From assembly GCA_030324005.1 (NCBI GenBank), contig JARDVH010000132.1:49039890-49102079 (forward strand): DNA of 62,190 nt, written 5' to 3'. A program made the position numbers and the translations under genes. The stretch comes from Negaprion brevirostris (taxonomy: Eukaryota). This document shows positions 13,330 to 25,483 of the stretch, piece after piece. The first letter of the stretch is position 1; every line of letters begins with the position of its first letter. The notes beneath the pieces are model-generated. The model was not told the DNA's origin. It saw nothing but the letters and a program-made list of their open reading frames with translations, and ran no database searches.

Positions 13330-15060
13330 CCTTAATTAGACACTGCATTTGCAAAGAATCAATCCAAAGCTATTCTCAGACATTTCCTTTTTCCTTTTCT
13401 ACCAAGTAACTATTAACTCCTGAATTGACTTTCACAGTGAGAGTTACTCTGGAGATTTCTTCCTCTAACCAAAGCTAGGTGGATCCATTTATATCCTCCT
13501 GCATTTAGCCTCTTCAATCTGAACACAAGCTCCCATCCATGTTCTGCATGGTGAACAAATAGAGACTGGCTGTGATATCTTCAGAAAACCTTGTAATCTG
13601 ATTCTACAATAGCTTTTCATGAGCTGTTCCTCTTTCAAAACCCACCTCCATGGCAACATGTATCACATGGTTCCTGTATCCAGGAAGAAATGCTCTAACT
13701 ATCTTCTAAACCCCAAACTCAGTTCTATCTTGGAATTAAATAGACAACATAAGGAATAACCACTTGTAAAGCCTGACATTTCTAACACCTCTGTGATACT
13801 TGGACACTAAGGGCGGAATTTTACGACCTCTCTTTGCACCTGTTTTGCCGTGGGAAAATGTTGTAAAATCGGGTTAAAGTGGCTAGTAGGAATGGCGCCC
13901 GTTTTCGCGCCTGTTGTGATTTTATGACACCCGGATTTCTGGCACAGTCAGCCTCTCGCTGGAAATCGTGAAGAGGCTTATTAATTTATTTAAATTTATG
14001 TAAATAGCATTTTACATGTGTTTAGTGAACCTGGCGCTCAATCGTTCAGGCTCGCTTGCCTTTATGGCCTCGCTGGGACAGGTTCCCTCCAGCGAGGAAA
14101 ACACCTGTTCCCCATGAATGGGGAACTGTAGTGTTGGCCATGCCAGTAGAACTGGCAACTGAGGCCTTCCAGGGAGGCCAGTTGTAAGGCAAAGGTGGCC
14201 CTTGGGCAGTGACAGACTGGCAAAGTTACCCTAGCAGCTTGATACTGCTAGCCTGGCATCTGGGCAACATCCACTGGGTACCTTGGCACCATCAATCAGG
14301 CAGCGCCTTGAGGCGGGTCTAATGGGGGTGTGCTTGTGTAGAGCCAATGGTTGGTGTGCAGGGGGTGGAGCTAATGGGAGTGTGTGCTGAGGGTAGAGCC
14401 AATGGTGGGCAGGCTAGATGGCAGTGGGGAGACCTGCTGCCACTCTGCCTGCGATCGACGTGGGAGGGAACAGGATCTTTCTGGGCAATGGGGAGGTTTG
14501 ACAGGACACGGGCGCCCGTGANNNNNNNNNNNNNNNNNNNNNNNNNNNNNNNNNNNNNNNNNNNNNNNNNNNNNNNNNNNNNNNNNNNNNNNNNNNNNNN
14601 NNNNNNNNNNNNNNNNNNNNNCCGTGATTGTTTGGGAGGGGGTGGAGCTAGTTCAGACTGCCTGCAGTAGCAGAGGCCTAATAGCGCACTCTCAATCTGT
14701 CAGACTCCTGCTACTGCTAATGTGCATGTGCAGCGTCAGGGGTCTGCACATGCACAATACCTCACTCTACAGGCTGGCTGGTGAAGTAAGCCTTGCTCAT
14801 AGCCTCTCTGGCGAGAAACTGACTCAGCCATCTTTTCATAGAATGCATAAGATTGGGCATGAAAACCCACCCATAAAACAGATCTAGGACTCTCCCATTT
14901 TCAGACTAGCTGGACACTTAGAAAAAATCTCATAAAATTCCACCCTAAACGTCTTTCCACCGTTAACACAGCTGCTCTGGTCATTATTTACAGGTGCAAG
15001 CCCTCTGTACCTTCAGAGTCCCAAAACATAACAAACTTATTAACTTTGTATTAGTAACAC
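13330..15060. repeat. Dispersed repeat copy 1 (possible solo LTR), split by a Harbinger insertion
   Basis: Shares blocks with 24620-25483, e.g. gaattgactttcacagtgagagttactctgg vs gaactgactttcactgggagggttaccctgg, and tggaattaaata in both. Confidence 0.5.
13811..14945. mobile_element. Non-autonomous PIF/Harbinger DNA transposon
   Basis: TIRs GGGCGGAATTTTACG / CATAAAATTCCACCC (13 of 15 match), TAA target-site duplication on both sides, GC-rich interior. Confidence 0.85.
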
Positions 15061-17226
15061 TAATTACAGATCCTCAAGCAAGCAAGGAAAAACCTTGAGA
15101 AAAAGCAGAGTAAGTGTAAAGATATTGAGTTAACACAGCATGGCAAGGTATACGAATATGTGATGCCATCTTCACTTGTAGACATCTGCAATGCACACCT
15201 GTATCAAAGTTTCACATGAGTACATTCATCACTTCCCTTGTGGAAAGAGGGCATCAGCTGGTTAGAGCTTTGACAGATTGATAGGCATCCCTGCAGTGCA
15301 AAATGTCACAGATGGTAATCATTTGAACAGTCAAGATTTCTCATATTAACATTATGCCCATCTGCAAAGAAACTGTTTGCACTTAATATTTATATTGTAT
15401 GCACCTTAATATCTGTTGTCCAGGAAGCAGGCATAATACCATGAGTAAATAACAGTCCATAATTATTGCGTTTCTGAAAGGAGGAGGATAGTCACAAGGA
15501 GGAAGATGACTCTTAGAAGGCCAAGATTAATGTCAGTTGCAGATCCATTGAAAATCAGTGTAGCTGATAACTTTCTGACTCCTCAGTGTTGCATTTGGAG
15601 ATACCCCAAGGATTCACTGGGAAAATCTCTCCCTTGACGTCCCCAGGTAAAGATTTGCATGGCAATTAGAATCATAGAATTCCTACACTGCAGAAGGAGG
15701 CCACATTGTTGAGAAGTGCTAACTTACCCTGAACAATTTTGCTGCACCGCGAAGCGTCCAACTTAACGGTTTGAATTGCTAACTTTAGATGGTTCTAATG
15801 ATACACTAATATTTACTCTGAAAGAGTTAGAAATAAAACCACTTCTAACTCCAGAATAACTATTTTACACATTCAGAAAAAGTCCCGCTTCGGATACTCC
15901 CTAAAATGGGTAGAGTTTTAATAACAAAATGCTGAGCAATGTCAAGAAAATCCTCAGTAAAAAGAGGCAGTCAGAATGGAGCTGGGCCCTCAGCCTGGAG
16001 AGTAGGCTCTAGGTCTGGTGCTCTTAAAGGTGTGCAGGAGATGACTACAAACATTATCAGAGTTATAGATGACAAATATGGTGGCTTGACACAGAATGTT
16101 AATGCTCTCTTCAATGAACTGCAGGATACCAGGAAGAGGTTAGTGAGGCAGAAGATAGAATACTTCAAACCAAAAGTGCCACTTCTTCGGTTTAGGCTGA
16201 GTTGCAATCCTTAGAGAATCAGCTGACTCTTGATGGACATAGAAAACCAGGGCTGGAAGAAAAAAATCCATGTGATCGGCCTTCCGAAAGGAGCTGAGGG
16301 TAACCTTCCAGTTAAATCTCTTGAAAGCTGATAACCACATTTTCTTAACCTCGACACAAAGGCATGGCAGATTAGAAGGGCACATCTCATCCTGGCAGCT
16401 CGAAAGGTCACATCAAATCCTATCCTCGAGGTCCAAGTAAAGCCAAAGCCCACAGCCTAATTTCATGCATTTAAATAACTTAATAGATCGCCGAAGAGTT
16501 TTGGAAGTTGCCAGTTGTGGTGGGATTTGGCTCTGTGATGAAACAAGAGTCTCATTCTTCCAGGACTTCTTGATGGCAGCGCAGCAAATGTGCTGAGGCT
16601 TCAATAAGGTTAGAAAATGCCTGAAGGCTTTTGGAATCCTGCATTATCCTGCTGTCCTTTGACTTATCCTCAAAGGGTCCATTAGGACATCCCTGTTGAA
16701 ACTTCAGCTTCTTTAGATTCCATGAAAGACAATGGTTCAGAGTCGCGATCCACAGCTCCTTGTTAATCCTGGACTATACCCTGTAATTGTGTCCTTTTGC
16801 TGATCCTGTATTGTGCCCTTTTCAGATTAATGGAGTCAGTCTTGCAACTGTGCTTTGAGGCAAATTTGACCAATTACCCCGTTTAGAGTCATATTTTGCA
16901 GTTCTTCGTTAATGCTTGAATGTATCCCCTGTAATTTCATCTCTTAATTGATCCTGCTATTTATCACGTTGATAGGGGCAATCCTGTGAGCAAGCATAAT
17001 GGCAAATTTTTGCTTGTTATCCTGATTTCCGATGGATCCAGTGTTATCCATTTATCCTTAATGGAATGCATCCCACAATGTACTTGTTTCTGAGGAGTGT
17101 TTTGTGCAAGTTGTATGGTATTAGAACAGTGCGATTTTTGTCCATCTTTTCATTTTATAATCCGAGCATATATCGTAATGAACTTTTCCCACATAATGTC
17201 CTTTATTATATTTATACTTAAAATGA

Positions 17227-17499
17227 GGGCGGCACGGTAGCACAGTGGTTAGCACTGCTGCTTCACAGCTCCAGGGTCCTGGGTTCGATTCCCAGCTCGG
17301 GTCNNNNNNNNNNNNNNNNNNNNNNNNNNNNNNNNNNNNNNNNNNNNNNNNNNNNNNNNNNNNNNNNNNNNNNNNNNNNNNNNNNNNNNNNNNNNNNNNN
17401 NNNCCTGGGTGGGATTGTGTTTGGTGCAGACTCGATGGGCCGAAGGGCCTCTTTCTGCACTGTAGGGTTCTATGATTTGTTCTATGATTTGTTCTATGA
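17227..17499 (+). mobile_element. tRNA-derived SINE (HE1/V-SINE type)
   Basis: A box tagcacagtgg, B box ggttcgattcc, CR1-like tail gggccgaagggcct...(ttctatgatttg)n, short atgag duplication at both ends; interior is a gap. Confidence 0.85.
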
Positions 17500-20061
17500 G
17501 TAGCGCCACTGCAGGGAGGTGGGCAAGTTGTTTAATATGGAGGTAGTGTGAAGGATGGTAGAGGCAGACCAAATATCCTGGGAAAAGCTTTGTATTGTTG
17601 GCATTTCCAACATAAAGCTGAGGATGGGGGAAGCATCCTTTGGCGCTCGCCCAAGCGTGTCATGAAAATCCTTGGTGGATTAACTGCCATTTTACCTGTG
17701 TTACTATCCACTATTTCTTCTGCTTGAATAAGCAATGGCAATAACTTCTTTAAAGATTTGCTCCTGGAATGTGCGCAGAATTCACCATCCTATTCAAAGA
17801 GAGAAGATTTTGTCTTTTCTTAAAAAAGAGAATACCTCTTCCTGGTATTCTGCAGTTCATTGAAGAGAGCATTAACATTCTGTGTCAATCCACTGTATTT
17901 GTCATCTGTAACTTTGATAGATTAGTTACAAGAAACTCATCTGGATGACAGACAACATCTTAACTTGAGAGGTACTGGTTGGGACAGGTATTTTTGCTTT
18001 TCTCTCAACCAGCTGTCAAGGGGTAGCAGTATTGGTTAATAAGAATCTGCCTTTTAATTTAGAAATCTAAGAGAAAGACAAAGAGGATGGATATGTAGCT
18101 GTTAAGAGACTGATACATGGGACAATGTGTTGTTAATGAATGTTTGAGGTCCTCCTAATTATTCCCCAGACAAAGTCACTAATAAACTTTGCTGAACTGG
18201 CCTTCATTATTCTTTATTGGTGATGATTTTAATTGCCATCTTAACCCGCTAATTGACAAACTCCTGTTGCAGAGAACCCTCCAATGCAGCATGTTAGTGT
18301 AGTGGCTTTGGCTTGTGAAGAGGACCATAAGACATAGGAGCAGAATTAGNNNNNNNNNNNNNNNNNNNNNNNNNNNNNNNNNNNNNNNNNNNNNNNNNNN
18401 NNNNNNNNNNNNNNNNNNNNNNNNNNNNNNNNNNNNNNNNNNNNNNNNNNNNNNNNNNNNNNNNNNNNNNNNNNNNNNNNNNNNNNNNNNNNNNNNNNNN
18501 NNNNNNNNNNNNNNNNNNNNNNNNNNNNNNNNNNNNNNNNNNNNNNNNNNNNNNNNNNNNNNNNNNNNNNNNNNNNNNNNNNNNNNNNNNNNNNNNNNNN
18601 NNNNNNNNNNNNNNNNNNNNNNNNNNNNNNNNNNNNNNNNNNNNNNNNNNNNNNNNNNNNNNNNNNNNNNNNNNNNNNNNNNNNNNNNNNNNNNNNNNNN
18701 NNNNNNNNNNNNNNNNNNNNNNNNNNNNNNNNNNNNNNNNNNNNNNNNNNNNNNNNNNNNNNNNNNNNNNNNNNNNNNNNNNNNNNNNNNNNNNNNNNNN
18801 NNNNNNNNNNNNNNNNNNNNNNNNNNNNNNNNNNNNNNNNNNNNNNNNNNNNNNNNNNNNNNNNNNNNNNNNNNNNNNNNNNNNNNNNNNNNNNNNNNNN
18901 NNNNNNNNNNNNNNNNNNNNNNNNNNNNNNNNNNNNNNNNNNNNNNNNNNNNNNNNNNNNNNNNNNNNNNNNNNNNNNNNNNNNNNNNNNNNNNNNNNNN
19001 NNNNNNNNNNNNNNNNNNNNNNNNNNNNNNNNNNNNNNNNNNNNNNNNNNNNNNNNNNNNNNNNNNNNNNNNNNNNNNNNNNNNNNNNNNNNNNNNNNNN
19101 NNNNNNNNNNNNNNNNNNNNNNNNNNNNNNNNNNNNNNNNNNNNNNNNNNNNNNNNNNNNNNNNNNNNNNNNNNNNNNNNNNNNNNNNNNNNNNNNNNNN
19201 NNNNNNNNNNNNNNNNNNNNNNNNNNNNNNNNNNNNNNNNNNNNNNNNNNNNNNNNNNNNNNNNNNNNNNNNNNNNNNNNNNNNNNNNNNNNNNNNNNNN
19301 NNNNNNNATAGATCTGAGAATTTTGGCCTTCAGGGAGAGACTAGGCCCCCCTTTTTCTTATTCTAGCTATTGATCCTTTGGCAGAGGCCGTTAGATATGA
19401 CCCTCAGGATTTTGTGCTGTCTACTGGAGGTAAGCAGCGTAAAATTTCATTCCATATGGATGATGTATTGCTGTTAGTTTCTAAGTCAAAAGATTTTGTT
19501 CATGCTATTATTGATGTGGTAGCTAGATTGTCTTTTTTCAGGTTAAAAGATTAACTTCATGTAATCAAAAGGCAGTGCACTTGAGCAAGTTAGGAGGGAG
19601 ACCCCTCGTTTCCCTTCAGATGGTCCTATTGGGGTTTACTTATTTGAATATTCTTATTATCCCTGATTTTTGGCCATTATATAAAGTAAACTTTCCTTCA
19701 TTATTGTCCTCTATTCAGTGGAACCCACATCGTTGATCATTTATACCGATTTCCTGGTTGGGTAAAATTGCTTTGATTAAGGTGAACATTATAACCTAGG
19801 CTACTGCTGCAAATACTAACTATCTTGTTATCTCCATAATTAAGTTTATCGGTTGCTCAAGCTTTTTTGTTTGGAAGCCTTGTTTGAAATTAGCTAAGCT
19901 GCAGTTGCCTGGTTCTAAAGGAGGGCTACGGATGCCAAACATTAAGGTGTATCAGTTAGCTTTCCAGTTTAGACTTATGCGTGAATGGTTTAAGAGAGAC
20001 CCTTCCTCCACATGGCTTGATAGTCCTTGTACTTCCTCATACATGCCTCAGAGATCTTCCC

Positions 20062-20352
20062 CAGAGATCTGGATAGGCTGAGCGAGTGGGAAAGGATCTG
20101 GCAGATGGAGTATAATGTTAGCAAGTATGAAGTTATCCACTTCGGCAGAAATAATAGTAGGAGGGATTATTATTTAAAAGGCNNNNNNNNNNNNNNNNNN
20201 NNNNNNNNNNNNNNNNNNNNNNNNNNNNNNNNNNNNNNNNNNNNNNNNNNNNNNNNNNNNNNNNNNNNNNNNNNNNNNNNNNATCTTATTGAATGGCGGG
20301 GCAGGCTCGAGGGGCTAGATGGCCTACTCCTGCTCCTATTTCTTATGTTCTT
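20062..20352 (+). mobile_element. Young CR1 fragment spanning a gap
   Basis: RDLDRLSEWERIWQMEYNVSKYEV and 3' end ggcctactcctgctcctatttcttatgttctt. Confidence 0.85.
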
Positions 20353-22497
20353 ATTTTCTTATGTAGTCACTCTTATCTCTTAGGGATCCTAAGGTGGCAT
20401 TAGAATAAGTGTGTTAATCCTATTGTCACTAACACTCAAGGCTTAGACAGTGGTCCATGACTTGTTGAGGAAATCTAATTTAACTTTCAACCTTTCTCAC
20501 ATTCAGAGTAATCTGGATTTCCCACCAGGTTATAGGAACCATGGTTTTGATAATCTGGAGTGATAGAGGTCTCTGTAGGTGATGTATTTGATGGCACTAC
20601 CGTCTTTTGAGCAGTTGTGTTAACAGTTTCATTTTCTGAAATACTCCTTTTTTTGACATTTGCACCTTAGTGACTTAATAAATTAACTCTTCTTTATGAT
20701 GCAAATTTCCCCAGTGAAAAATCCTGCTACCCGTTAGTTAATAAATTTTATGACATTCTACACCCTAAATTTTGTGAAAATACATTTGGCTTGCTGCAGT
20801 CTTGGGAAAAAGACCTTATAGTAAATACTGACGAAGAGACATGGAATGCTATCTGGGAACGTGCTGATAAAATTCCAGTTTGTAACAGTAAAAAGGAAAA
20901 TCAGTTTAAGATATTGTACCATCTGCCTATTACTCAAGCTTGTGGTACAGGTTTGACTCTGTTCTAGAAGTGCAAGGTGGACATGGGAGATTACCTGTAT
21001 TGCTTCTGGTCCTGTGTCAAGATTTAAGCGTACTGGTTTAACATTCTGAAAGAGTTCGAGTGGATATTTGACATGGCATTAGAGTTTGATTGCTTGCATC
21101 TGATGCTGGGTCTCCAAGACAAAAGATTAATGATCCGAATGGGAAAAGCTGTATGATGTCCTAACATTTGCAACACAGAAGAATATCCTTTATCCATGGT
21201 TTCATGATCAATCCCCTTGAATTTAGAATTGGCATTAAATCGCTCTGAAGTGTGTAGTAATGGAATTCTTGACTTGTTTATTTTGAGCTAAATGGGATAC
21301 ATTCCAAAAGGTATGGCATCCTTACCTTAAAAGTTCTGCACTCTGCATTGTCTTATGTACTCCTACAAGATTTTCCATAAGTTTTGTTACTCTGTTGCCA
21401 TTCTTCTGTGAGCTTGGTTGAGCAACGCTGAGCCAAATATAGCTGCATTCTGATATCTCCCCAATCCTTCGATATATCCTTTCGCTACTTGTATGATGTG
21501 AGGTGCTGGATACAGTGAATAATCTGAACCAAGTGAGTGTAATTGTTTTCTGTCTCTTCCTACATGTACCTTTTTTGAGAATAATCTTACTGTATCAATC
21601 TGAGTTTGTTTCATTATTTGTAAAATATGAAAAATCAGTATGAATATATTTTGTATTTCTTACAAAGCATGCACTGAGGCGCAGAAGTTTGTACAATTGG
21701 GAGTATCTCGTGGATATGGTGTTGAGAGATTTCTCACTACTTCCTTTGAGAGAAAGTTCTTTGCCATAGTTTTAAATCAGCTGCCAAATGTTCCTGAGTT
21801 CAGGTTCTGTGCCATCAGCCTGAGATAAAACTACAGTCAGAATTTTACTTTAGTCAGCACAACCCCACCCATTTCTGGCACTGATGAAATTGAGGCAAGG
21901 TTAAGTAAAAGTATATTTGCTTTTAAACTGGGCTTTGAGAAGATTGTAATGCATGACTGAATGATGAATCATTATAACACGTGTTTATTTTGTAGATCAT
22001 TATAGGATTTCAATGGTCAGCGCTGGTCCAGTTCTCTGCCAATGGTTCGGGACAATTAATTTCTAATTGACAATTTATTCACCTTGTATACTAATGAAAC
22101 AAAGGTGTTTGTTCTCTAGTGTTTCCAAGCCTTGGAGACATATTTAAGTTGTTTATCTAGGGGTTCGCAGTAGATACTATAATTTATGGTCGCATGAAAC
22201 CAACATTTAAAATAATAAGATATACTTGCATTTTTTTTCAAATATGTAGGATAAATTTTATACTTGAATTCCTAAAATAAAATTTGGAATAATGTGTAAC
22301 TGTATTTTGATCAGTGGCCACCTGTAATAAAGTCTTTTGAACCTGATGTTTGCATGCTTTATTTTTTTTCTGTTGCACTCTAATGATACGAATCAATCGA
22401 CTGCAGTTTAATGGGGCTGCACCTTAAACATAGACTCTTGTCCACTGGGGTGGCTCCGAATTGCTGTTACTTTCATTTATCAAGCAGTCACACAAAA

Positions 22498-22626
22498 AAA
22501 GAGAAAATGCTGGCAATACTCAGCAAATCAGGCAGCATTGATGCAGAGAGAAACAGAACGAATGTTTCAGAGCAAAGACTTTTCAGTGACCAGAACTCAG
22601 GTCATCAACCTGAAATATTAACTCCG
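22498..22626. mobile_element. Short Penelope-derived palindromic repeat remnant
   Basis: gaaaatgctggcaatactcagcaaatcaggcagcat... same family as 35322-35540, 44705-44865 and 61900-62076. Confidence 0.55.
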
Positions 22627-22899
22627 GCTTGATCTTTTCAAATAATCTTACCACATCTAAATTCTCCTATAACTCCATGATTATTCTCAAAGGCAAAGGT
22701 AATCTCAGACTCATTTGCTCAACAACAGTTTTCTTCCCCCCAAACCCTATCCTCACCCCAGCATCCTAATTTTCAACATCAGTTGTGAGCAACTAGTAAT
22801 GTTTTATGCAACCTCTTCCGTCCTCCCTCGCCCTTGCCTTCCCACTCCTGGTTTGACCCTACTTAATTTTTTAAAACTTTTCTGCATCCCTTACTTCCT

Positions 22900-23350
22900 C
22901 CATGAGATCCATTTCATGTTTTGCTCGTTCCCTCCCAAACCAACTCAATGCACAACTAGCTTTCCTTGCCTAAGTGTCACTCTCTAATTTTCAAAATCTT
23001 CATTATTACTTCTTCAAACTACCAAATCTTCAATTAATCCTTTGTTTTTCTTTTCCTCTCAACTTTTGAATGCATCCATTATTATCAATAACAGTGTAGT
23101 AGCTTCTCATGCAAGTATACTTTTGAATACTTCAGACCCATTTCCACTCTGTGCACAATGCACCATATTGGTCAGAGTCACTGACATCCTCTGAGTTCAC
23201 CACAGTGCTTCTTCTTGTCATTCATTTTACCTGCTATTAAATACAGTTAACAACTCCAATCATCCTCCATTTTCTTTCCTCCATAGGACTGTCCTTGCTT
23301 GATTCACTCCAATATGGTCAGTAGCAATGACTTATCTTCCCTTCAGGAAG
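22900..23350 (+). mobile_element. Highly decayed L2-like LINE fragment
   Basis: Pyrimidine-rich sequence with remnants such as ggtcagagtcactgacatcctctg resembling the L2 RT KVTNDIL region. Confidence 0.4.
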
Positions 23351-23663
23351 TGAAGGTTGCCTTTGTATATCATGCACAGCATAATTATGTTTCTAAAATA
23401 AGTGAGGTAAGAGGGGAAATCTATCATCCAGGATATCAGGATTCTTACTCTGAAGAGTACTCAATTCCTAAATTACTGCTAGTACCAGTTTTAAAAAAGC
23501 ATTAAAGTCCAAGTCATGTTTCATTGGTATTGTGTGCCTACTTGGTTCAAAATCGCACAATTGAAGGATGCCAGATATTTATTAATACATATTAAATGAA
23601 TGCTAACTTGAATTTAGTCAGAACCATGAATTTTATGCGGGTATTTTGCTTTTCAATTATTAG

Positions 23664-23772
23664 CAAAGAATGGGAAGACCTGTTTGGACATAGTAATTAT
23701 TTCGCAAGAATAAGACTGAAGGGGATTAATGGGCAGCTGAGAAGCAGCCGATTCCGCAGTGTTTGTTGGAAG
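23664..23772 (+). CDS. TBC1D5: TBC1 domain family member 5, internal coding exon (109 bp)
   Basis: ttattag acceptor and AAG|gtaac donor. After 1 nt it reads KEWEDLFGHSNYFARIRLKGINGQLRSSRFRSVCWK, matching vertebrate TBC1D5 as I recall it (KEWEELF...GINGQLRSSRFRSICWK). Confidence 0.95.
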
Positions 23773-23827
23773 GTAACAATTTTTTAATGTGAGAAAACTT
23801 TATTGATTATTGTGCAAGTAAAATGAA

Positions 23828-23878
23828 CCTGATTTTAACTCGTTCAAACCCATCCACTTATACAGAGTTAAAATCAGG
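23828..23878. repeat. 51-bp hairpin, micro-MITE-like
   Basis: Perfect 14-bp inverted arms cctgattttaactc / gagttaaaatcagg around a 23-nt loop. Confidence 0.7.
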
Positions 23879-23918
23879 CCATTGATTTAGAAAAAACATT
23901 TGTACTTTGTGACCTACC

Positions 23919-24280
23919 TATAAGAACATAAGAAATAGGAGCAGGAGTAGGCCATCCAGCCCTTTGAGCCTGTCCTACCATTCAATAAGAGCATGGCTGA
24001 TCTGAAGTGGCTCAGTTCCACTTTCCCGCTTTCTCCCCATAACCCTTAATTCCCNNNNNNNNNNNNNNNNNNNNNNNNNNNNNNNNNNNNNNNNNNNNNN
24101 NNNNNNNNNNNNNNNNNNNNNNNNNNNNNNNNNNNNNNNNNNNNNNNNNNNNNNCCGGCCTATAATTCCCTGCCTTTTGCCTGCTACCTTTTTTAAACAG
24201 CGGCGTAACATTAGCCGTTTTCCAATCTTCCGGCACTTCCCCGGAATCCAGCGAAGTTTGGTAAATAATCACTGAGGCGT
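23919..24280 (-). mobile_element. Young CR1 LINE collapsed at a gap
   Basis: 3' end at the left; SLDSGEVPEDWKTANVTPLFKKGSRQKAGNYRP at the right of the gap. Confidence 0.88.
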
Positions 24281-24619
24281 CTACTCATATTAAACGTTTC
24301 ATGTGAAGAATATTGCAGATGTGAGTGAAAACCCATTATGCTTGAGTCTAAAATAATGTTGCTGTGACTGCATCTCACCTCTGTTTCACATGATAGCATT
24401 GCTTTCAGAGGTACCCCTGCTTTTAGGACCAATGTTGTATTTTAAATGTGACAACTTGCATATTATGAAATGTTACTAGAGGCAAAAATTGCATTGTTGC
24501 CAGTTGTGTTATTTGATGTTATATTTTCACCCTTCTACCCTTCTGCAGTCATGTTCACTTCTGAAAAGTTAGCTTTTTATTTGACCAAAAATCTTGCACT
24601 ACATTTATACTTTATCCTG

Positions 24620-25483
24620 TCACTCAAGTGAACTCTCATTCCCCAGAGACCAGTTCAAAGTTATTCTCAGCTTTCAGTGGCTTCCTTTCTTTTTGTCGAG
24701 TGACTTCTAATCCCAGAACTGACTTTCACTGGGAGGGTTACCCTGGTGGTTCCTCCCTCTAGCCCAAGATAGGTGAATCTTCTAGCTCTTTAAAATCCTC
24801 CCAAACTTGGTCTTTTTAATCAATCCTCCCAAACTTGGTCTTTTTAATCAATCCTCCCAAACTTGGTCTTTTTAATCTGAGCACAAGCTCGCACTGAGTT
24901 TTCTGTGATGACCAGTGTCTGCATTTTCTCTGCTTTAACAGAGGACTGGCTACCTATCTGTCTCCTTGCCCTCCCCCTATTCTTGCCCTCCCTCTCCGTT
25001 GGATTCTTGTAGATTGTCTTGTATCTGTGAACTTAGGAAAATTGCAACTTGCTACTGTATAGCTCTTGATTGACTTTTTGCCATCCCAAATCCAATTTCC
25101 ATGACAACGTGAATCATATGGGCCTTAGAAATGCTAATATTCACTTCCTTCTAGACACCCAATTCCATTTGAATTTGGAATTAAATAAACAGTTAAGTAT
25201 AGCAACTTACAAGGCTTGGCATTCCTAGCACTGTGAGACATGGAAACTAACAGCCTACCACAATCAGCACAAGTGGCTCTCTTGGCTTCATCAGGTATGA
25301 ACATCTTGCACCCCCTTCCCAGTAAGTCAACCTGGTTCTCCTTCCCCACACAACTCCAAGCCACTCAGGCTTGTTGGACACAATTGAATCAGATCACATG
25401 ACCCCATCACTATTCCACTTTATCCTAAATTAAAGAGACAGTCCCTAAACATAACACTCAAATAAACTGTGTATTCCTAATAC
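24620..25483. repeat. Dispersed repeat copy 2 (possible solo LTR)
   Basis: Colinear similarity to 13330-15060; ends with taataca. Confidence 0.5.
24794..24877 (+). repeat. Perfect tandem repeat, 3 x 28 bp
   Basis: aatcctcccaaacttggtctttttaatc three times with no spacers. Confidence 0.95.

Larger units (their letters stand above)
15880..21640 (+). mobile_element. Near full-length decayed L1-clade LINE (ORF1 + ORF2) with later SINE and CR1 insertions
   Basis: ORF1: DIENQGWKKKIHVIGLPKGAEG..IRRAH..FFQDF. ORF2 from ATG at about 17735: SWNV, LQETH and GDDFN (APE endonuclease), HMDD (RT), KLQLPGSKGGLRMPN, and CFWSC in the C-terminal Cys-rich region. Many stops and frameshifts. Confidence 0.85.

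Noticed and set aside
17227-17303. tRNA gene
   Set aside because: The A and B boxes continue into a SINE body and LINE-like tail, and several diverged copies exist in the window.
18315-19373. 352-aa ORF and other X-filled ORFs
   Set aside because: Artefacts of translating across N gaps.
15880-21640. Active or domesticated L1 proteins
   Set aside because: Numerous stops, frameshifts, deletions and insertions; the RT motif is degenerate (HMDD).
21990-22070. Possible cryptic exon after ttttgtag/tatag
   Set aside because: No convincing donor, stops follow quickly and there is no homology.
24794-24877. CRISPR-like 28-bp repeats
   Set aside because: No spacers, no cas genes and a vertebrate context; this is a simple tandem repeat.
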